From contig JAZPZS010000001.1 in NCBI GenBank assembly GCA_045544835.1, forward strand, positions 1 through 57,643: a stretch of 57,643 nt of DNA, in the 5' to 3' direction. Both the position numbers and the translations under genes were made by a program. Below the pieces are notes generated by a model that was not told where the DNA came from, made no database searches, and was given only the letters and a program-made list of their open reading frames with translations. This DNA is from Bacteroidaceae bacterium. GTDB lineage: Bacteria; Bacteroidota; Bacteroidia; Bacteroidales; Bacteroidaceae. Below, piece by piece: positions 1-6,422 of this stretch (its first letter is position 1; every line of letters starts with the position of its first letter).

Positions 1-16
1 TCCTTGGCCAGGACTT

Positions 17-38
17 GTAATGTGAGCGCTCACATTAC
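17..38. promoter_or_regulatory. Perfect 22-bp palindrome GTAATGTGAGCGCTCACATTAC
   Basis: I read it directly. The 14-bp core TGTGAGCGCTCACA equals the core of the idealised symmetric lac operator. It could instead be the terminator hairpin of an off-window gene. Confidence 0.35.
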
Positions 39-185
39 TTTCTATTGCGAGCTTCGGCTGCACTCGTTGGGAAATTGCAAGTGCACTTGCATTTCACTCG
101 TTTGCACGAACCTTGCACTGTCAATTGACACCTAAACCTTAATTATTAACCCGAAAATTCAGAAGCGAGATTTACATCCGGAGGT

Positions 186-218
186 AATTCTCAATTCTCA
201 ATTTTCAATTTTCAATTC
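186..218 (+). repeat. Heptamer tandem repeat (TTCTCAA/TTTTCAA)x4 immediately upstream of the HU-like start codon
   Basis: The sequence is aattctcaattctcaattttcaattttcaattc. A 19-nt identical stretch recurs inside argS (11285-11313, opposite strand). Confidence 0.8.
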
Positions 219-226
219 AAAAAGCT

Positions 227-643
227 ATGAGCGTAAACTATGCCGTAAAGAAATGCAAGAACCCCGCTGGGGTAGAGGGCACCGACTACTACTCTTGCCG
301 TGCCATCAAGACCAATGACTACACCTTCGACGAGCTGGCCGAAGACATCAGCCTGGCCACCACCGTGACCAAGCCCGACGCACAGGCCGTGCTGGGTGTC
401 ATCAAGCTCTTCATCACCAAGGCGCTGCTCGCCGGCCGTTCCGTGGTGCTCAATGAGCTGGGCCGATTCCAAATCTCGCTGCAGAGCAAGTGCTTCACCG
501 CTGAGGACCTCAGCGACAAGGAGTTCGTCCCCTCATCGAAGATCAAGGGACACCGTATCCTCTTCCGCCCCGAGGCGGCACTGAAGAAAGAGGTTGCCAG
601 CAAGCTCTCGCTGAACCGCATCGCCTCGGAGGTGAAGGAGTAG
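227..643 (+). CDS. HU-related DNA-binding protein (long Bacteroidales HU-like type)
   Basis: 138-aa ORF. It has an HU-fold-like core 'FDELAEDISLATTVTKPDAQAVLGVIKLFITKALLAGRSVVLNELGRFQISL' and a beta-arm-like tail 'KIKGHRILFRPEAALKKEV'. The layout upstream of a tiny membrane peptide and a cell-wall hydrolase is typical for this Bacteroidales family. Confidence 0.75.
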   Translation: MSVNYAVKKCKNPAGVEGTDYYSCRAIKTNDYTFDELAEDISLATTVTKPDAQAVLGVIKLFITKALLAGRSVVLNELGRFQISLQSKCFTAEDLSDKEFVPSSKIKGHRILFRPEAALKKEVASKLSLNRIASEVKE

Positions 644-673
644 TTTCTGTGCCACTCGATGTGGCACGAAACT
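642..673 (+). terminator. Hairpin overlapping the HU-like stop codon
   Basis: The hairpin is AGTTTCTGTGCCAC-TCGAT-GTGGCACGAAACT, a 13-bp stem with one bulge. No U-run follows, so terminator function is uncertain. Confidence 0.35.
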
Positions 674-850
674 AACAAAGACGTTAACGATGACGAAAAC
701 CTTCCGCATGATGTCATCCTGACGACTATAAGGAGGAAGGATCTCGCGCATGAACTATGCAAAATGCTTGCGTGAGACACTGCAAGATTCTTCCTCCGCT
801 TCGCTATGTCAGAATGACAACCCAACCCTAAACACTAAACTCTAATCACA

Positions 851-943
851 ATGAAAGTAAATTGGAAACAAGTCCTTAAAATCGTAATCACCGTACTCAC
901 TGCCCTGGCTGGCGCCTTGGGCGTAGCTTCCTGTGCGGTATGA
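851..943 (+). CDS. 30-aa small hydrophobic peptide (smalltalk-like)
   Basis: It is below the ORF-track cutoff, so I read it by hand: ATG at 851, TGA at 941-943, translation MKVNWKQVLKIVITVLTALAGALGVASCAV. It has one hydrophobic helix and a C-terminal Cys. Size, sequence pattern and position next to the HU-like gene match my memory of the Bacteroidetes 'smalltalk' small-protein family. Confidence 0.5.
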   Translation: MKVNWKQVLKIVITVLTALAGALGVASCAV

Positions 944-1008
944 GTACCTTCCTCCGTGCGCTGCTGCTCCTCGGCAGCGCACTCACACTAATCGCGTAAA
1001 TTTTTATC

Positions 1009-1191
1009 AACCACGGATTACGCCGATTACTCGGATTCCTCTTAGCCTGTCAACAGATTTAACTGATTTCACAGATTGGCGCACACGCTTCGCTTGTGCT
1101 AGCCTCCGGTGTGATATCACTCGGCAGCTGTGCCGACAAAGTGCGAGCAGAGCGATGCACATAATCTGTGTAATCCGTGAAATCTGTGGTT
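1009..1191. mobile_element. MITE-like element bounded by inverted arrays of CACRGATT-type octamers
   Basis: The left end is AACCACGGATTACGCCGATTACTCGGATT (1009-1037). The reverse complement of the right end (1163-1191) is AACCACAGATTTCACGGATTACACAGATT. It has no coding capacity and sits between the smalltalk-like and M15 genes. Confidence 0.5.
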
Positions 1192-1222
1192 TAATAAAAA
1201 AAATAATATCAGTTGAAAATCT

Positions 1223-1630
1223 ATGAAATACTTTACCATAACCGTATTAACAAGCAGCGCCACAGCGCTGCGCGAGGGCATCAACAACCGCCCATCGAAG
1301 TGTGCCTACCACCTGTTGCACGTATTAGTTGACCAACTCCTCGACCCTATACGCGAAGCGTGGGGCGAGCCTATCGTGGTGAGCAGCGGGTATCGCTGCA
1401 AGCAGCTCAACGCCATGGTGGGTGGTGCCAAGCACAGCCACCACATACTGGGCTGTGCTGCCGATATCATTAGCGGCACGAAGGCCGACCACCGCCGCCT
1501 GTTCAAGATGATAGAGCAGATGCAGCAGGAGGGACGCATACGGTTCACTCAATTGATTTGGGAAGGCGACGGTCGCTGGATCCATATCTCCTACGTGCCG
1601 GGCGACCTCAGGTGCCAGGTAATTGCTTAG
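1223..1630 (+). CDS. Peptidase M15A-type zinc D-Ala-D-Ala / cell-wall peptidase (endolysin-like)
   Basis: 135 aa. It carries the motifs 'VSSGYRCKQLN', 'GGAKHSHHILGCAADI' and 'WIHISY', consistent with the H-x-D...H zinc site of the Peptidase_M15_3 fold. Confidence 0.75.
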   Translation: MKYFTITVLTSSATALREGINNRPSKCAYHLLHVLVDQLLDPIREAWGEPIVVSSGYRCKQLNAMVGGAKHSHHILGCAADIISGTKADHRRLFKMIEQMQQEGRIRFTQLIWEGDGRWIHISYVPGDLRCQVIA

Positions 1631-1655
1631 GCGCTTCGAGCACAGCAATAATCCA

Positions 1656-1737
1656 AAATAGGACTTTTTCTACACTGATATATATTATAAATATATATTC
1701 TCTTGTCAGTGTCGAAGAAGTCCTATTTCTTATTTCC
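1656..1737 (+). terminator. Long imperfect palindrome (23-bp arms, 21/23 complementary) downstream of the M15 gene
   Basis: The arms are 1656-1678 (aaataggactttttctacactga) and 1706-1728 (tcagtgtcgaagaagtcctattt), around an AT-rich core and followed by cttatttcc. A third half-copy, aataggactttttc, lies at 1741-1754. Confidence 0.45.
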
Positions 1738-1812
1738 CCGAATAGGACTTTTTCATCAGAAAAATAGGTTAAAGTTGCACGATTTGTCCTAACCGCGAAA
1801 GACTTGTTTAGG

Positions 1813-1820
1813 TACTTTTG
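1813..1820 (+). promoter_or_regulatory. Bacteroidetes -7 box TACTTTTG
   Basis: It matches TAnnTTTG, 36 nt upstream of the ATG at 1856. Confidence 0.5.
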
Positions 1821-1855
1821 TGGTGAATAGGCAATTATTAACAAAATCAACGGAT

Positions 1856-2383
1856 ATGAAAAGACTATTGACACTGATGCTGGGGCTTGGCCTAGCCATG
1901 GCCGGCTGGGCCGAGGAGGAGCCGAAGATGTACAGCCACGTATACCTGAAGCTGCACGACGGCAACACCTATGAGATTCCTATCGAGCACGGATCGCAGA
2001 TATATTCCTATGCCCGAGGCACAGGAAAGAACACCTATTTCGTGGTAGACGTCACCGGCAAGGACTGCTACTACCAGTTTCGCCGCGAGGAGATAGCGGT
2101 GATGAAGCTGGTGGAAGACACGGTGACACATACCGATATCGACGTAGTGCCCGAGGAGCGGCCGGTGATGGACGACGCGCACCAGTCGAAGCTGCACTAC
2201 CGCCAAGGTGAGCTGCTGGCCCACCACACCCTCGATGGGGAGCTACTCATCATCGCGGACATCCGTGGCCGACAGGTGTATGCAGCACGCGTGGAGGCGC
2301 CCTTTGCCCTCGACCTGGGATTCCTGCCCGAGGGCATATACATAGCCAAAGTAAACGAACACACCCTTAAAATCAGAAAGTGA
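1856..2383 (+). CDS. Small secreted protein with T9SS C-terminal sorting domain
   Basis: I start at the internal ATG (MKRLLTLMLGLGLAMAGWA signal peptide) rather than the GTG at 1820. The C-terminus 'LIIADIRGRQVYAARVEAPFALDLGFLPEGIYIAKVNEHTLKIRK' fits the T9SS CTD pattern. A TAnnTTTG box lies at 1813-1820. Confidence 0.7.
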   Translation: MKRLLTLMLGLGLAMAGWAEEEPKMYSHVYLKLHDGNTYEIPIEHGSQIYSYARGTGKNTYFVVDVTGKDCYYQFRREEIAVMKLVEDTVTHTDIDVVPEERPVMDDAHQSKLHYRQGELLAHHTLDGELLIIADIRGRQVYAARVEAPFALDLGFLPEGIYIAKVNEHTLKIRK

Positions 2384-5300
2384 TGAGACGGACGATGCAC
2401 TATATGGTGGCCATGGCAGCAGCGCTGTGGATGGCCCTGCCCCAAGTGAAGGCACAGACGGTGAACCTGGACTTCGACCCAGGCATTATGTATGTAAAGC
2501 GTAATGAGGGTATGCATATCAGCTTCCAGGAGGGCAACGAGTGGGAGATTACCTTCACGGCCCTCGATACGCTGGGCAACGAATACTACTCGCCCGTGGG
2601 TATGGAGCTCAAGGGCGGTGTATATGGCGACTCTACCTATGTGGTGCTGCAGACGATAGACAGCATACTGATGTACCAGCCCGAGCCGGTGATGCAATCG
2701 GGCGTATTCGTCATTACGGAGGAGTATTTCCCCTATATCGCACAGGTGGACAGCAATACGACGATACACTTCTATGCCGATGTGCCACTGCCCCTCCCCG
2801 CAGAGGGCCAGAAGGTGGTGTGTAACACCTTCAAGGAGCCGCTGCGCCTGGGATTCATGGGCACGGTGCTGGAGAAACGGCGCGAAGGAAACGTCATCGT
2901 GATGGTGTGTGACCCCACGGTAGAGAGGATACGCGATTTCTACCAGGAGTTTATCTATTGTGGAAAGGGAGGTGAAACAAAAGAGGAAACCGAAGCAAGA
3001 GAACGGATAGAGCGCACCCACAGAATGCGCCGTGGCGTAGTGGTAAGAGCAGCTGAGGAGGAAGAACCCAGTATTGACGATCCCGACATAGAACTCAGCA
3101 TTGACATCAATCTGTTTGGAAAAAATCTTCCTTTCCCCTCAAATGCTCCCGATAAGACACTCGAAGAAATCACCAAGAAGGTGACTGGAAAGGGAGAAGG
3201 AAAATTTGATGCAGGAATCACACTAACAGGCACAGCCAAAGGATTGCTGACCATTATCGCCGATCAAAAAGATGAGAAGGTGGGTATAGAGGTAAGCCTT
3301 GAAGGCAAACTATCGGGAAAGGCTAGCGTGAGCGGCAGCGTACAGGGAGCAGTGCCCCTCAGGTTCGGCAAGGCAGTAAGCAAGAAACTACCATTAAACT
3401 CAGAGGCTCTCTTGGCTGCTGGATTCTTCTTGCGCGGTCAAGCGGAGGTATCCATCTCATCATCAGTGGAGTGTAGCGCTACGGGCTATTTAGCCCTTCA
3501 ATATGATGAGGAACAGGGATGGCACATACGTACCAACGGCTCGAGCAGCATGGGCGATATGGCCGGTCTGAAAGGTGAACTGAGTGGGATGGCTGCCTAC
3601 ACCTTGGGAGTATTGGGAAAGGGACAGATTCTCAATAAAAAATATGATGCCGACATTGGTCTATACCTCGATGGAATAAATCTGGAGGGCAAGATTACAG
3701 CCGACCTCAATTCGAATATCAAGGAGGATAGCCCCAAGGACCTGTATACACAATATAAGACGTACAGCGGAGGAAATCACCTTGTACGCTCATCGCAAGT
3801 TGCTGCTGAAGTGAGCACTAAAATCAAAGATAAGGATAGGAAGCTGGGAGGAAAAATTGTCATTGCACAGGTTGAATATAATTTCGCTCCCGAAATATCA
3901 GGAGAATCAGTAGTCGCTATTGATGACCTGGAACAACAGAATAAGGTGAGTGTGAGAGTGAAGAACAACGGCATGAGCCTCTGGGCAGCTGATGTGGAGC
4001 TCTGGATATACGACGAGGACGAGAAGGCGTGGGCCAAGAAGGTCGTATTGGGCAAGATGGGTGCGCTGGATGATAGCGACTTTGACTTTACCGCCAATCT
4101 GGAACTGGAGAAGGGGCATACCTATACCTTCTGTCCTGTGTATCAACCCATAAACACGAATATGCATATCTCGGACAAAGCCATATCCGAGAATTGGTAT
4201 GTCCCCTATAATGTGAAAATGCCGGAGCCCGAGCTCGACAAGCACAGAACGGTGACATTGCGCGCCACCCACGAGGTTGCACATATCCCTGGCGCGAGAG
4301 CGGGATTCCTCTATACCGACAAGATGACGGACAAAGGACAGATCAAAGAAATAGAGCCATCGCTCGAAATCGACGGTACCATAGAGGCCGAAATAGATAT
4401 GCCCGTTACGGACTTCACCGTGCAGGCATTCGTAGAGGTAGACGGGAAGAGGAGCTATAGCGAGCTCCATAAGCTGACACCATTGACGGATGAGACACCC
4501 ATCATATTGCCCACAACGGACGTCACATACAATTCAGCCACATTCAACATGAGGCTATGCGTGGGATTTGACGAATACCTGAATTTCTTACCCGAATTTG
4601 AGTATACCGCAGAAGGAGACAACACCCCTCAAACCATAGCTGTGGACACAAAGAACATAAAAGATGGAGTGGCCAGCGTCAAGGTCGAAGGCCTAAACGT
4701 AATGACCAACTATACAGTAAAAGCCATAGTCCGCTATGCAGGAAGCACATACGAATCGCAGAAAACAGACAAATTCACCACATCAAGTCCCATTGACAAC
4801 ATAGAGGTAACCCCATCATACACCTCTGCAAAGTTCAGTGCTATGGTCATGGAAGAGTATGATGTGGAGAACGTAACGGTGAAGCTGTTCTTGGCTAAGG
4901 ACAAGAAGCTCAATAATCCGAAGGAAATCCAAACCGAACTGGAGGAGGAGTTTGAAGGCATCGTGGCCACATGCGACGTGGAAGACCTGGAGATGGATGA
5001 GACCTACTACTACAAGATAGAGGTGAGGAAACTCGCCGAAAAGGAGGTATACTACAGCGATGTGCTGCAGTTCAATACACTGAATGGACTGTCGGCCACC
5101 ATCAGTAAGCCTATCGTGAAGTCTACGTCAGCAACCCTGCGCGGAAAAACTACCGACTACGTGCTCAACGCCATCAAGGAGGGTAAGGCCTATTCAGGAC
5201 GCTTCTACTTCAGCAAGAGCAAGTCGAGCGTGACGAACCGCAAGAGCGACTACGTGGATGTGACGATAACGAAGGCCGACATAACCGCAGAGATAGAGGG

Positions 5301-5772
5301 ACTGACCAGCGAAACCAAGTATTACTGCATGCTGGCGCTCGAACTGGACGGCGAGAACGTCAACAACAGTGAGATCATCTCATTTACCACCCCTGACCCC
5401 TATGATGTGACCACCCTGGATGCCGTAGTGGAGGATGCAACGGTGACACTCGCAGGAGAGCTGACCCTCGAAGCCTATGATGAGATCAAGTCGGACCAGT
5501 ACAACACCATCTACGCCGGATTTGAATATGCTCTCACCAAGGAGGCACTGATGAGCGACACGAAGGAGGGAGTCACCCGACTGCTGGAGGTGAGCCTGGA
5601 GAAGAGCGAGACTGATGCCCTCTTCCATCATACACTGGAATTTGACCCTGGAAGTCTTTATTATTACCGCGCATTCATCTATGTGGATGGAAAGGACTAT
5701 CCTGCCAATATCAAGACATTCCAGACACTGGAATATGACGGTGACCTCATCCCGCTAGCCAAGAAAAAATGA
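2383..5772 (+). CDS. Secreted 1129-aa protein of unknown function with at least five C-terminal Fn3-like repeats
   Basis: The ATG at 2383 overlaps the upstream TGA (TGATG). Signal peptide is MRRTMHYMVAMAAALWMALPQVKAQ. A Gly/Ser-rich beta-region lies around residues 270-480. After that come repeated ~90-aa modules ending in '..NYTVKAIVRYAGSTYESQKTDKFTT', '..ETYYYKIEVRK..VLQFNT', '..ETKYYCMLALE..IISFTT' and '..SLYYYRAFIYVDGKDYPANIKTFQT'. I recognise no catalytic motif. Confidence 0.7.
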   Translation: MRRTMHYMVAMAAALWMALPQVKAQTVNLDFDPGIMYVKRNEGMHISFQEGNEWEITFTALDTLGNEYYSPVGMELKGGVYGDSTYVVLQTIDSILMYQPEPVMQSGVFVITEEYFPYIAQVDSNTTIHFYADVPLPLPAEGQKVVCNTFKEPLRLGFMGTVLEKRREGNVIVMVCDPTVERIRDFYQEFIYCGKGGETKEETEARERIERTHRMRRGVVVRAAEEEEPSIDDPDIELSIDINLFGKNLPFPSNAPDKTLEEITKKVTGKGEGKFDAGITLTGTAKGLLTIIADQKDEKVGIEVSLEGKLSGKASVSGSVQGAVPLRFGKAVSKKLPLNSEALLAAGFFLRGQAEVSISSSVECSATGYLALQYDEEQGWHIRTNGSSSMGDMAGLKGELSGMAAYTLGVLGKGQILNKKYDADIGLYLDGINLEGKITADLNSNIKEDSPKDLYTQYKTYSGGNHLVRSSQVAAEVSTKIKDKDRKLGGKIVIAQVEYNFAPEISGESVVAIDDLEQQNKVSVRVKNNGMSLWAADVELWIYDEDEKAWAKKVVLGKMGALDDSDFDFTANLELEKGHTYTFCPVYQPINTNMHISDKAISENWYVPYNVKMPEPELDKHRTVTLRATHEVAHIPGARAGFLYTDKMTDKGQIKEIEPSLEIDGTIEAEIDMPVTDFTVQAFVEVDGKRSYSELHKLTPLTDETPIILPTTDVTYNSATFNMRLCVGFDEYLNFLPEFEYTAEGDNTPQTIAVDTKNIKDGVASVKVEGLNVMTNYTVKAIVRYAGSTYESQKTDKFTTSSPIDNIEVTPSYTSAKFSAMVMEEYDVENVTVKLFLAKDKKLNNPKEIQTELEEEFEGIVATCDVEDLEMDETYYYKIEVRKLAEKEVYYSDVLQFNTLNGLSATISKPIVKSTSATLRGKTTDYVLNAIKEGKAYSGRFYFSKSKSSVTNRKSDYVDVTITKADITAEIEGLTSETKYYCMLALELDGENVNNSEIISFTTPDPYDVTTLDAVVEDATVTLAGELTLEAYDEIKSDQYNTIYAGFEYALTKEALMSDTKEGVTRLLEVSLEKSETDALFHHTLEFDPGSLYYYRAFIYVDGKDYPANIKTFQTLEYDGDLIPLAKKK

Positions 5773-6335
5773 CCATAGCAACCCACATAACCCACTACCT
5801 GCCGGCAGCAATCATTGCATTGCTGCTGGCAACGGTAGCTACGCTCGCATGGAGGCTCATGCAGGCTGTGCGCAGACGGAGGGTGCTGGAAAGAAGGGTG
5901 GAACAACTGCAGATGAAACTCATGGAGGAAGAAAAGAGGGGTACTGACGATGAGGAGAAGGGGGAAGCGCAGACAAGCAAGAGCCAGGAGATAGCCCTGA
6001 CGAAGCTGGACGAGGTGCCCGACAACGTATTCGTAGCCCATGTGGACCAGCTCATCACCCGCAACATCGCGAAAACCGAGTTCACAGCCTGTACCATAGC
6101 CCAGGTGCTTGCCCTGTCGAGAGCACAGCTGGACCGACGGATAAAACGACTGACAGGGAAGACACCTTCCGCCTACCTGCTGGACCGGCGGATGACCTAT
6201 GCACGCGAACTGTTGCTGACCACGAAGATGCCTATCGCCGAAATAGCCGTGGCTTGCGGATTTGAAGACACCTCGTACTTCACCCGCGTATTCAAACAGC
6301 ACTATGGCACCACACCGTCGGGAATGAGGGGGTAA
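5769..6335 (+). CDS. Membrane-anchored AraC-family transcriptional regulator
   Basis: 188 aa. It has an N-terminal TM helix 'YLPAAIIALLLATVATLAWRL', a charged coiled-coil 'RRVEQLQMKLMEEEKRG', and a C-terminal AraC HTH 'IAEIAVACGFEDTSYFTRVFKQHYGTTPSGMR'. Its ATG overlaps the upstream stop (ATGA). Confidence 0.85.
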   Translation: MTIATHITHYLPAAIIALLLATVATLAWRLMQAVRRRRVLERRVEQLQMKLMEEEKRGTDDEEKGEAQTSKSQEIALTKLDEVPDNVFVAHVDQLITRNIAKTEFTACTIAQVLALSRAQLDRRIKRLTGKTPSAYLLDRRMTYARELLLTTKMPIAEIAVACGFEDTSYFTRVFKQHYGTTPSGMRG

Positions 6336-6338
6336 TTT

Positions 6339-6370
6339 AACCACAGATTACGCGGGATTTCACGGATTTT
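6339..6370 (+). repeat. Solo copy of the CACRGATT-type repeat array
   Basis: The sequence aaccacagattacgcgggatttcacggatttt lies directly after the AraC gene stop. Confidence 0.6.
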
Positions 6371-6394
6371 CCAACGATCTTTACAGAAAAACAT

Positions 6395-6402
6395 TACCTT
6401 TG
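6395..6402 (+). promoter_or_regulatory. Bacteroidetes -7 box TACCTTTG
   Basis: It matches TAnnTTTG, 21 nt upstream of the hybrid kinase ATG. Confidence 0.5.
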
Positions 6403-6422
6403 CAGGGAAAGATGCTACCGAT

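Noticed and set aside
750-845. 31-codon ORF (MNYAKCLRETLQDSSSASLCQNDNPTLNTKL) preceded by AGGAGG, between the HU-like and smalltalk-like genes.
   Set aside because: It has no hydrophobic segment or recognisable motif, and Shine-Dalgarno sequences are not a reliable signal in Bacteroidetes. Without conservation or Ribo-seq evidence it is not supportable as a gene.
5769-5772. Treating the 1129-aa gene and the AraC gene as a pseudogenised (frameshifted) single gene.
   Set aside because: ATGA stop/start overlaps are the commonest form of translational coupling, and both ORFs are intact with sensible termini. The fusion and slippage idea is reported only as a testable hypothesis, not as a pseudogene call.
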